Positions 1 to 10,903 of a stretch of DNA of 64,000 nucleotides are shown here, one piece after another; within the stretch, counting starts at the first letter, position 1; each line of letters begins with the position of its first letter. The position numbers were made by a program, and so were the translations under genes. The stretch comes from Azolla caroliniana (taxonomy: Eukaryota; Plantae; Polypodiophyta). The notes under the pieces are model-generated. The model did not search any database, had not been told where the DNA came from, and saw only the letters and a program-made list of their open reading frames with translations. The stretch covers positions 17,918,001 to 17,982,000 of the forward strand of contig JBHGNT010000012.1 in assembly GCA_043228905.1 (NCBI GenBank). Direction: 5' to 3'.

Positions 1-349
1 CATGCACACACTCGAAAAAGGCGCCAGAATGCACAGACAAAAACCACTGCACGTAGAGACCCTTTACTTTCGCGAACCCAGGAGCACAGAAGCACCAAGA
101 CGCTGCATGATCATCAGACGAGAACCTGCGCACAGAGAACCCCCGCCTTCTGAACTCTCTCTCTCTCTCAATCTCACTCTCATCACCATCCAACCTCGCC
201 ACCGCAATCCGACCTCGACACAAACATGGACCCGCAAACACTGTCGGAAGCCGCCAAGACATGGCTAAAGCAACACGGGCTCGAGGGCTTCTTGATGATG
301 ATGGAAGTACCGCCACACAAAGAAGCCGACAAAGTGATCAAAGAAATCG

Positions 350-937
350 ACACGACTCCTTCCTTACGCACTATGGGCGGACCAAACTACACACAGTTCG
401 GTGATAGGGTTTATGCCGGCAGAGCTGATGTACGGACAGAAGCCGATCATGCCGGTGGAACGGACGGTTTCTTCATGGGCGGCAGTAGATTGGAAGGACG
501 AAATGAGCCGGGAGGAGTTGCTGGCAGCGTGGATTCGGCAACTCGAGCGGAGGCCGGAGGACGTGATACAGGCGAAGGAAAAGCTGCGAGCGGCAAGGGA
601 GCGGAACAAGACCCGGTTCAACCGAACGCACCGGTTGCGACAAAAGAAGATCAAGGAAGGCGACTGGGTCTTGGTATACGACAACAACCTTGACAATCAG
701 CACAAGGCGGTGCGAAAGTTCGCTAGGAGATGGTTCGGGCCCTACACGGTGACGAACGCGAACGACAACGGCGTGTACCACCTTGCGGAACTCAACTGGA
801 CACGGTTAGCGGTGTCGGTGGCTAGAAAGCGGATCAAAGCGTTCAAAAAGCGGTTCGAAGATGAGCCGGAGCCTGCGAGTGGGAGCGACAACGACGATCA
901 GTTCGGGTCCGGCGGAGAATCGGAGAGCAACGAGTGA
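350..937 (+). pseudogene. Ty3/gypsy integrase C-terminal fragment
   Basis: LPYALWADQTTHSSVIGFMPAELMYGQKP (end of integrase core) and RWFGPYTV (GPY/F motif). A purine-rich tract and an LTR follow. Confidence 0.85.
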
Positions 938-1006
938 GGCCGGGTTTCTTCGGTATCTACCCGTCTCTGGCGCATACCGGTGGATGCGCGGTTTGGTGGG
1001 GGTGGA

Positions 1007-1540
1007 TGTCGTGAAGAAAACCGGCCATAGGCGGAATCGGAGAGAAAGAGCATAAACCGGCTCTTACACGGATGGACACGTGACTTGATATTTTGTACAC
1101 GGATCGATGGATGTAAATACTAAGCAACACACATTTATTAGGGGATTGTGCATATCTCTGTCAGGGGGGGACAGGTAATAAAACGAATTGACAGGAGGAT
1201 GGGGATAAAAAAGAGAAGAGAGAGGGGAGAAAGGGTATCGCGCGCTAGGGAGGACGAAGTGCTGCTGCAGATCTGAGTGCCGAGCTCTCTCTTCTCCTCC
1301 GGTCGTCGGTCTCTATGGGTTGGGAGTTCGTCGCCTCTGCTTCGTGGACAACCCGTGCGCTTCCAGTAGAGGCTCTCCCCCTTTGTTTTGTTTCTAGGAG
1401 TCGAGCGTGTGTTGTTTGTGTGTGTGAGTAGGATCCCCGTGTTGGGTCCATCGCCGCCTTGTCGGTTGTAATTGTCAGAGTCGTATTCTCTTGTTATTGT
1501 AATCTCTTGTTACTGAAATCAAGTGATACGTTCCATATCT

Positions 1541-1590
<50 letters not shown>

Positions 1591-1652
1591 CCTCGGTTCA
1601 AGACCCCCGTGGTCCCGCCCCTTTCTCCACGCACGCGCGTAACAACGCGACA
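1007..1652 (+). mobile_element. 3' LTR of a pol-encoding Ty3/gypsy element (same lineage as 36769-42146)
   Basis: Ends TGTCGTGAAG...AACGCGACA, preceded by PPT-like GGTGGGGGTGGA. Internal (CT)n. The last ~50 bp are nearly identical to the LTR ends at 37440 and 42146. Confidence 0.85.
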
Positions 1653-2531
1653 TCGTGCTCCTTGCCCAGTTCGATTCTACACACATCGACTCATCTACTC
1701 ATAAGGCCCATCTCAACTCCTTTGTTGTTGTGACTCTGTCACGTCTTGATGCGTCGGTTCCTCCATGTCAGTGTCAACTTCCGCTGCCTCCTTGTCCGTT
1801 TGACCTTCAGTTGATCCGGCTCCTCCGAATCAAACACCTCTTCCGAATCGGGCGCCTTCGATTCATTCTAGCTCTTGTTTGAATTGGTTGTCTCCAATTC
1901 TTCCTCAATCTTCAAGACCTTTACCACATCAAACCATGTCCAAGTCCTGGCCTTCTTCCTCTGATCGGCTCCGTCCTTCTTGACTCTACCGTCGATGCTT
2001 GTTCTGACTTTATCGAATGTGTTGACATCTTCAATCGACTCGGCTTTCTTTTTCTTCTTCTTGTCTCCCCCTGTTTCTCTGTCTCTTTGTTTGATGCCAT
2101 TACATGTTTTCCCAGTTCCCGTTCTAGTTTCCTCCTTTCTCCCCCTCAAGTGCGACATGTCGAGATGCTAAAGACCAAGCATCACCGAAAAATGTTGCAA
2201 CTTGTCTAGGGCAAGAGGTTGGGTGAAGATATCGATAGTCTGTCGATCCATCGGAACATACACAAGTTCGACTTCACTAGAGAGGACATGCTCACAGACA
2301 AAATGGTAGTGCACCTCAATGTGCTTGCTCCGGGCATGAAAAACGGGGTTCTTCGCCAGTTGGATGCTACTGAGGTTGTCGCGGTAGATCGTTGTCGGAT
2401 CGGACACCTCCAACTGCAAATCCTTTAGAAGCCTCTTGAGCCATATGGCTTCGCATGTCGCGACAACCGCTCCTCGGTACTCGGCCTCGGTGCTTGACAG
2501 TGCCACCGTCGGTTACTTCTTACTACTCTAG
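1653..2531 (-). mobile_element. Ty1/copia remnant (RNase H plus 3' tail), same family as 33590-45130
   Basis: ALSSTEAEYRG...NPVFHARSKHIEVHYHF is nearly identical to the protein encoded at 43820-44150. The LRGR tail and downstream DNA are homologous to 44180-44640. Confidence 0.9.
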
Positions 2532-3090
2532 GCACCCGGAAGGAGTTAACCATGTGGGTAGCTTCAGGGTGTCCTATTAGGTAATCAAATGTGCTTTCCC
2601 CTCCTCCATGTGGGAAAAATGTGAGCTCTTCCGAGCCCAGCCACTTGGCTAACCCATTATATATGATCATTTGGTGTCGACCTCCAAGTTCAAGCAGATG
2701 ATGGCCAAAGCTTGTAGCGTCCGCACCTTGATCTTTTGATGTACGTGTTATGCCTATCGCTAAAGGGTCAACATTCACCATTTCTAGGTTTTTATCCATA
2801 TGAAATATTGTGCATTGTCGAGATTGGGTTCTTGCATTGAAATGTCCTACGAGGAAGACTTCCCCTTGAGAATAATATTGGATTATGTCATCTGATAAAG
2901 GTTCGTATGGCGAAGGCCCACGGGGCGCTTCGTCATCAACTATACTCGCCTCTCCCGCCATATTATACCGAGATCCTTTTGGGGGGGAGTAACAAACGGT
3001 GATAAATATTGCTTGATCCTTGCAAGTGAGGACTTTCACCTACATAAAACGGGCTTCTGGAATTGTCTTTAGTATTTCTATCCTATTATG
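2532..3090 (-). mobile_element. Non-LTR retrotransposon (LINE) APE-endonuclease fragment
   Basis: VCYSPP, VFLVGHFNART (GDFN-like) and STFDYLIG motifs. The listed ORF 2425-3039 is a chimera with the adjacent copia. Confidence 0.7.
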
Positions 3091-3096
3091 TGTCTC

Positions 3097-3690
3097 CGTT
3101 AAGCGTTGGGATAACAACACCACCAGTCACGAATAAGAACGCATCAACAAGGACATAGTACGAAGAGGAAACGGCAAGAGGAAAGGAAAGCAAAGAGACG
3201 GCCAAATGTGAAAGGCCCATACCCTAAACGTGAAAGCTATATATAAACCACACAGTAGTGGCTTTGTGAGGGTTCTCCCATTTGTAAAGATCTCCTATTG
3301 ATTAGAGCTAGAGCTTCCTCTCCTCCTTCTCGTAACCTTTGAGCTTAAGAGAGATTAGTGAAGTGTTGAGTTAGAGAACACTAATCTCTCTCCTTGTTGG
3401 TGCTAGACCGCTTAGCAAAGAGGGTTAATAATAGACATACTCTTTCTTCTTATTGTCTATATCTATTAATCTATTGTCTATGAGAGAGAGCTTGAGAGAG
3501 TGAGAGAGATATCATGCGTAATCATTTACTAATCGTTGAGAGAGTGTGAGGCTCGAAGGTATCCGACAACCATCTCCGCCCGATTCACCATCAAGAGGGT
3601 ATACGACGGTCCGAATCCCACTACGACATTGAGGAGCTTACTCCATCGATACATAGATCCTTAACATCTATTTGACGTCGCTGCCGGGGA
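3097..3690 (+). mobile_element. LTR (~3097-3666) with degenerate Athila/Tat-type primer-binding site
   Basis: Ends (C)GTTAAG...CTTAACA, with an internal TATATAAA. Followed by TGACGTCGCTGCCGGGGA (3673-3690), resembling the tRNA-Asp PBS TGGCGCCGTTGCCGGGGA. Confidence 0.6.
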
Positions 3691-3776
3691 TATGACCGAC
3701 GCTTGAAGCCCATTTTCGAGTAGTCAAAAACTCGGAGGCAAACCACTCAACGAAGGAAGAAATCAAAAGAGAACCA

Positions 3777-3877
3777 CCATTTTCTGTTTTTTCATCATTT
3801 CATAGTTTAATTAAGTTCCATTTTCTGTTTTTTTCATCATTTCATAGTTTAATTAAGTTCCATTTTCTGTTTTTTTT
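3777..3877. repeat. ~42-bp tandem repeat, about 2.5 copies
   Basis: Repeats of CCATTTTCTGTTTTTTTCATCATTTCATAGTTTAATTAAGTT. Confidence 0.85.
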
Positions 3878-3964
3878 ATGATCACTCCACGGGTCATGAA
3901 GCGACTGTTGGCGCCAAAAAGTTTGAATTTCCCACGCAAAGCTCGTCGAAGATTCAACCTTCGA

Positions 3965-4226
3965 TGCGACGAAGGTTCACCCTACGACGAACATTCATCC
4001 TTAGACGAACGTTCACCCTTCGACGAAGCTTCACCCTTCGACGAAGATTCGTCCTTCGACAAAGGTTCGTCCTTCGACGAAGGTTCACCCTTCGACGAAC
4101 ATTCATCCTGCGACGAACATTCACCCTTCGACGAATGTTCACCCTGCGACGAATCTTCATCCTTCGACGAAGATTCATCCTTCGACGAAGATTCACCCTT
4201 CGACGAAGATTCACCCTTCGACGAAC
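3965..4226. repeat. 18-bp minisatellite, about 15 copies
   Basis: Consensus TTCACCCTTCGACGAAGA. Translates as (SPFDEx)n, (RRRFTL)n or (RRRVNL)n depending on frame. Confidence 0.95.
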
Positions 4227-4299
4227 TTATAAAAAAGCTTGACTAGAAAACATGGTCGGATCCTCATGGACAGAAATGTTCTAAACCCGACCCGCACGC

Positions 4300-6043
4300 C
4301 TGGAAGAGTCCACGCAAACCGACCAAACCCACGATGCTGGCCGGCCTAACCCGACTCAGTACCACGGAGGGTGGCTAACTCCGGGGATACTACCAAACAT
4401 GAACCTCCCATCGAGCCCAGGAACTAAAGCACTTCTCAACACACCCCCACTACAGGAGAGCCCAATGGTAGACCCACTCAGCAGTGGGGTATATTGAGGC
4501 GGAAGAAAGAGCGCAAAGCGAACGGTTGCTCGTCACAACCGAACAACTAGAGATGGCCCGGTCTAGAATCCGGTGCCTTGAAAAAGACTTGGATCAGGTC
4601 ACGACAGAGATGGCCAAAATGGCCTTAACGGCAACACAGATCCAACCACCGATGACTCTGGTAAGTGTACAGAATAAAGAAACGGATTGACCTATACATA
4701 CCAATAAGACCCTGGCAACGGAAACCGTTCCGGCGAGAGATGCGGCGCAAGCCCAGGAGCTTGCGGAATTGAGAGATGAACTGGCCGCACAAGAAGCGCT
4801 AAGGAGCCGTGAACGGGAATTGAAGACAGCGGCCGAAGCCGAATTAAAGAAGACTGTTGAGAACCTCCGCCGGGCAGAGGAGAGCCTCCGGAAAGGCCAT
4901 CAAGCGTACGACTGGCTAAAGGAGGAGAAAGACAAAGTGCTGCAGTAAAAGGACAAGCTGCGGAAAACGGCGGAAACGGAGATTGAACGGCTAAAGGAAG
5001 AGCTCCGCCAGCAAAAGGACCGCGAGGACCGGGCACGTCGACAGATCAACGCACGGCTCAAGCAAAAGACAGATGATTTTGAGCACCTGCACCGGGACTA
5101 CAAACGGCTGGAAACGGAGCATAAGGAACGGATGGCCGAGCTTCAGCAGGAGGTTGATCGGGCTACGACGGCGATCGCCAACGAACGTGCGGAAAATACA
5201 AGACGCTTGGACGAGGCGGAGAAGGTCCGGATGGAGCTCCAGAGGCAGCACCAGGAAGATAAAGAGAGAGCGTCAACAGTATTGCAGAAATTACAAAGTA
5301 CATATCAAAGGCAATTGACGCATTACAAGGAGCAAGCGGAAGACAACGTCAAAATCATCAAGCAACTGAAGGAGGAACGGCAAGCGGCGGAAACCAAATC
5401 ACGATTGGGAACGAGCCAGATTCAGTCCATCCTCCGGGCATGGCTGAATCAGACAAAACACTTGATTGATGAAAGCTCCGTAAAATGGTGGACAAAGTGG
5501 GCACAAAACGCGGCGGAACTCCAGTTGTTAGGGGCAGATGTGGCAAACCGGCGGAAGGAAGGAGATGATTGTTATACGTTGACTTCCGAGGACTTCACCG
5601 CCATACGGGATGAGCTGGCCGACGACTTCCAAGTCCTGGCGGATGAACAGCTGGCACAGGTCAGGTAGCTCGTAGCTCAGCTAAACGATAATAGGCTGGA
5701 CGCTCAAATCCAGTTTGAAAGTTACGAGCGGTCCCGGGTTCGGGAAGAAAAAGCACGGGAAGCGGCAACGGTTAACCTTAGTGATGAGGAACCATCGCCG
5801 GCTGAGGGCCAGCCCGGAACCAGTCAACCGGAGACCACTACGACGCAGGGAGCAACGACGGAGACGCCGGTGTCAGAGCAACAAACGGAGGAGCAGCCGC
5901 AGCAGCCATCAACGGACCCGTCGCAGCAGACATCAACAGAGCAACAACAACAACAACAACAACAACAAAAACAACAACCAATTCCAGATGAACCATTGGA
6001 GACTCTCGAACAAAGCATTCTGGATATTTTGGACGAACAATAG
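4300..6043 (+). pseudogene. Disrupted coiled-coil / Gln-rich accessory ORF, probably retroelement-derived
   Basis: Consecutive E/K/R/Q-rich helical ORF pieces (4484-4690, 5132-5668) broken by frameshifts and a TAG at 5666. A (CAA)n tract at ~5941-5979, ending with TAG at 6043. Confidence 0.5.
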
Positions 6044-6097
6044 CAAGGGTCGGTTGTGGATTCGACGTACAAGGTACTGTCCCACGGGCGTGCCATG

Positions 6098-6531
6098 TGT
6101 TACCGGCCGGCAAAGGAGTCCAGAGTGGGAAACAGAGAGTTATTTAAGTAGTAGGAATGTGGTTGTAATTAAGGTACGAGTGTGGACGGACAGACCGGAA
6201 TCGGTATGCCGTTCCGGATTCGGACCGATCCCGAACAGGTGCGGATGGCACCGTTTTGTAATACAGACCGGAAACCTATTTAAAAGGCCGGATACAATGT
6301 AATCAATAGCGGTTAATTAAGAAAGCTTAGCGTTGTTATCTCTCTGTGTTAATTTCCGTTCTGTCTTAATTGTTATATCTTACGCGTGTGATTATGAAAG
6401 ACGATCATGCTAAGTAACTTAATAAAGTCGGATTAAGTGTTGAGTCTAATCTGGTTGCCGTAACACCCTTTGGTGAAGTGTCTTCCGTAGACACCCTGTG
6501 TTAGGCCATTGTCCAGCCCTAAGAGTTAACA
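6098..6531 (+). mobile_element. LTR-like sequence abutting the neighbouring copia gag
   Basis: Ends TGTTAC...TTAACA, with TATA-like CCTATTTAAAAGG at ~6275. Stops exactly where the copia gag homology is cut. Confidence 0.45.
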
Positions 6532-7788
6532 CATATTCTCTCTCCTTCGATGGTTTAGGGCAAGCATTCTTTAAATGACAAGTTTCACCACAATTGTAAC
6601 ATTTTTTATTTTCACTTCCGCTTGAATTTGACACCATTAGTGTTGTTCGTACCCTTGGAAGTCCGATAGTGTTAGAGAGCAGCTTCATTCTACTCTCCTC
6701 TTGTATCATAGTCGAAATTGCCTCATCAAGTGTGGGAATTTCAGCCTTGGCTAGAAGAACTACCCTTCTTTGATCAAACGACGGGTTGAGATGTTTCAAA
6801 AATTGCATGGTTCTTCTTTGAGCAGAAATTTCCTTGCTCTTACATTGAGGATCATTGCACACTGTCACAGGCGAGAAATGATCGTATTCTGCCCATAAAC
6901 GCTCCAGCTCTATGGTATATTCGTGAATCATTCTATCTCCCTGCCAAACGACATCTATCTCTTGCTCGATTTGAAATACTCTCATGTTGTTTCCCCTCCC
7001 AACATATGTTTTTTGCAATTTCTCCCATATCTCCTTCACACTTAAAATTCCATCAACTGTTGTGGCGATTGATGGAATCATGGAGTTGAGAAGCCACGTG
7101 TACAAAGACATGTGGGTAGCTCTCTATGCTTTCCATTCATTGCCTGTTATGACAAGAGGTTCTTTCTCTTCTCCCGTTAGGTAGCCGTCAAGACTTCTCC
7201 CTGCCAAGGCACCTATAATTCGACGCGACCAACTCAAGTATGTGGTTGGTCCATCGAGTTTGAACTCAATCGGGAGGAGTTCAAGTCGGGGTGGTGGTTG
7301 TGTTCCTGTCACACCTCCAGATGCTACAATCTCAGCCTGCTTCATGTATTTCACCAATGTTTTCACCTCATCCTCGTTCAATTTTGAGAACACCTCATCC
7401 ATCTTCTCAACTTGGCCTATCTTTGCTCTCCTCTTCTGACTTCTTTTCTCAAGTCACCTCTCAATCACATAGCAATGTCATCCCAAATGGAAAAAAAATC
7501 CCCCTTTCCTCTCTTGGATGCTAGGACAATATTGTTCCAATCGTTGTCATACCAACAAAAGGGTGGATCTAGGGTTTTGCAGAGGGGCGGATCTACGCTC
7601 TGATACCATAAAGAAAAATGAGAAGGCACATTTGTTTAGTAATATACATTGGTATATCACAACTGGAGGGAGAAAATACAGAGATCGCACATTTTACATG
7701 AGGAGAAAGTTCCTCTTTATAAAAGCCAAGATATGACCCTTGGGCTAACTAGCTATTGGAAATAACTAGCCGTTATAACTTTTAAACA
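6532..7788 (-). mobile_element. Ty1/copia (Ale-like) 5' LTR, PBS and gag, 3'-truncated
   Basis: PBS GCTCTGATACCA (7597-7608; reverse complement of the tRNA-iMet site) and a short ~180-bp LTR. Gag KLDGPTTYLSWSRR and zinc knuckle CYNCGETCHLKNAC. In-frame stop at 7124. Confidence 0.85.
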
Positions 7789-7849
7789 TTCTCAACAATT
7801 GAGACAATAAGTTGAGGATGATAACTATCAATCACATTAATCTTAGCGG

Positions 7850-9200
7850 AGAGTACTTACCCTTGTGTTATTTATGCCAAGTAATTTAGTTAGAGAGATA
7901 ATCATTCTTTAAAAAATGTGCCCATTTTAAAACTAGGCTATATTAGTGAGTCATTACAACCAAGTGATAGTACACGTGTCTCATAATGTTGGGTGTGTGT
8001 TAATGGTGTTGTCTTGGCCACCCTTGCCATTTCTCAAGTGTCACAGCTTGCCATCCTTAAGAGAGTTATGCTCAATATGTAAAATCAATATCCTCATCAC
8101 GTTTCAATGGTTGCACATAAAGAAAACTCGCTAAGTTGTTAGCATTCCATATAAGCCAAAGTTACTTCTTGTTGATGTTCTAACATAAACAAACCAAGTG
8201 CCTTAGTCCCAATTGACAATTCTATTTACAAGACGAGTATATACTAAGCAATGAACAAATGTCAATTCGTACTTTGAAATAAATCATCAACATATATCAA
8301 CTTGAACCAAGGTTTTCAAGGCAATGATCATTGATTGATATAATGACCAAAATATGATCCCAAGAAAACAACGGTGAGATTCAAATGCAAATATGAGTGA
8401 TTGACCCATGAAAATGGTCTACACTAGGCTGTGTGAAATTTGCATTACGTATGTTTATACTATAGGTGTAGTGTTATAGATAGGTAAGTTGTTACACTAC
8501 TAGGACTATGTCTTGGGTTTGAAACCCAATATCTCACCTCTTTGTTACTCCATATATATATCTCTTAATTTACTAGATGCCACTGTGGAATGTAGGGGTT
8601 GAACCCATGATCTCTCTCTCTCTCTCTTGCTCTTTTTGGTAAAAGCACACAATTATATTAATTGTATGTAAAATCCACTTAGTTACAACACTTCTTAGTC
8701 TCCTCTACCTATCATATGCCTATGTAGGGAGAGGGACATTCTGTAATGCTATTAGAAAACCTGAATATGCATTTGAGGAAATGATCCCCACATGTTGTAA
8801 CATCCAAAAATTTCACCTAAAGCCAAAGCAAATTGATCCCAAACTTGCATACTCCTTTCAAGATTTTGTTTTGAGGCTTGTTAAAACATAAAAGAATCAT
8901 TAGCCAATGCTTGTGCCACTAATTGTCCACCAGAAGGAATAGCAATGGTTCATGTTAGATTTCCTATGCTCCGTGAAGACCACCTCAACCAAATATGAAG
9001 ATAGCAAAGATGGAATGATCAACCATTGATGGTTATCCATGCCTTTAGTTAAGATGATGATTATACAGCCTTTGAGGCAAGCATACAACACTTTTTGTGC
9101 AAGAGAACCATGCTTGTGCGACATGCCCTTGTGCCAATTTGAGGTTTGTTCAAACTTTAAGCCAATCATATGATCATACCCTTTGTGTAAAGGGAACATT
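7850..9200 (-). mobile_element. Highly degenerate Ty3/gypsy pol remnants
   Basis: FPLHKGYDHMIGL resembles the LPPHRxYDHxIxL pre-RT motif. Other similarity is fragmentary. Confidence 0.3.
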
Positions 9201-9590
9201 TGGCACCAATGAGACTCATATAAGGTGGTAATAAGTTTTGAGGTTGGTTCGTGTTGGAGCCCAAGGATCCTTTACCCTTGAGTTTTAGGGTACAGATGGT
9301 TGCTAAATTGGAAACAGTTGTGAAGCACACAAGCATAGAAAGTAATACAATAGAGTAACATCCCTCAATGAGTCATTCCTTCTCGGTACCAACATTTGGG
9401 GAATAGTTGTTAAAAAAATGTGTACACTGTTTAGAGTATGAAGTATTCTATATTTTAGAATTGCCATTTTATAATATTTCATGTATTCTAGTTTCTAAGT
9501 ATTCGACATGTCTACGCATTCTACGTATTTAACACGTCTTTATCGTTTCCAAAAGGCTAAAAACTTTAATTTGTCAAAAGTATTTAACAT

Positions 9591-10253
9591 TGTCGCGAAA
9601 ATCCACATGTGCGTGTCAGATAGGACGGGACCACGGGGGTCTTGGACTAGAGAGTGAGATAAAGGGAAAGAATAAGGTTAGGGAGGTTAAGATTAGAGAC
9701 AAGACAAGACAAGATTCATCGAATGGTTATATTACGAAAACACCACATGAATTACAACCATGGCTGCGTAGGCCGAACCAACCCACTATAAGAAACCCTA
9801 ACCGAATAGAAGAAGAAGAATAGTAAAACCCTAAAACCCGAAACCCTAATGGTCTACCCCGAAACAACAAAATGGCGACCCCTTCAAAAGTGACCCCTCA
9901 CTCCCTTTTATAGTACTAAGGGGTGAGGCACATTACAAAAGGAGTGGTCAAATCCCCTTTCTTTCAAAGGAGAATATTTGACCTCGATCTTAGGAGGTGA
10001 GATTGATGGGTCTTAACTCCCTCTCCTCTCACCGACATACTCAATGCCCAATACTCCCTACACTCATACTTCATGTGCCTCCCTCTAGTCTACAAAGTGC
10101 ACATCACCTTTATACCTTTACATCTTACTTTTCCTCTTACATTTGTCTTTTATTCTTATGTTACAATTTTCCTAAGTTTATGTGCAATGTTGCACATCTT
10201 GTTAAATTCCTCCCGCTCGGGTTTTCTCACCATGGCCGAAAATCCTCACGACA
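9591..10253 (-). mobile_element. Solo LTR of the tRNA-Trp gypsy lineage, 4-bp TSD ACAT
   Basis: Minus strand starts TGTCGTGAGGATTTTCGGCCATGG (compare TGTCGTGAAGATTTTCGTCCATAGG at 36769) and ends CGCGACA. ACAT at 9587-9590 and 10254-10257. Confidence 0.85.
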
Positions 10254-10793
10254 ACATATTCTACACATACCTACATATTTAACAAAATTGAACCGAATCA
10301 AACCAATCCTTAAACTAGTTAAGGCCTGGCCGTTTTGGGAACTAGTTTGGCCCAAACCTATTAAGATCTAGATAGCTTGAAATCGATGCAATTTTGGGAC
10401 TTTTCACCCAATCAAATCACTTGTGTCAATACATTGGGAGCATCTAGTAATGTAATAGCTTGTGCTTAAGAAGCATGCTCAACAAAAGGCATGTTTGACA
10501 CAAGGAGGTGATCGATTGTAGCTGCTCATATAAAAATTTAAATGACCTAACTAATTTTAGCCCATTTGGCAAGGCTCATACCGAATTGAACTAATCTCAA
10601 ACTCATTAAGGAAGCTCAAGCCTAAACCAAGTGGAGCCAAACCGCCAAACCATTTAAATGAGTTTAACTGCTCGATTTTAGCTTGAGCCGAGTCATTGCC
10701 AAGTCATACCTTGAATTATGTAATGCCATTGTATCTATTTGTCCTAGACCAAAATGTAAGTGGAAAAGATAGGAAAAAAGAGATTCCCTACCT

Positions 10794-10903
10794 TTTACCT
10801 CGATTTGGTACCGCTCTCGCAACCCGCACCGGAACAGTGCTTTACCCCTAGATGGTCCAGTCAACTACTGCGCCTCAATGCATTTTAGGGAGAACCAACT
10901 AGC
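10794..10903 (-). pseudogene. Plastid 23S rRNA fragment (NUPT)
   Basis: Reverse complement reads GCTAGTTGGTTCTCCCTAAAATGCATTGAGGCGCAGTAGTTGACTGGACCATCTAGGGGTAAAGCACTGTTCCGGTGCGGG...GGTACCAAATCGAGG, recognisable chloroplast rrn23 with substitutions. Confidence 0.85.

Noticed and set aside
2425-3039. 204-aa ORF as a real gene
   Set aside because: Chance fusion of a LINE endonuclease fragment with an off-frame copia RNase H remnant.
3965-4226. CRISPR-like array
   Set aside because: The units are contiguous, with only 2-3 variable bases and no unique spacers. No cas genes, and the context is eukaryotic.
8460-8615. Possible tRNA-derived SINE heads (GGTTTGAAACCC; GGGTTCAACCCC on the minus strand)
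   Set aside because: Only B-box-like words; no clear A-box, tail or TSD.
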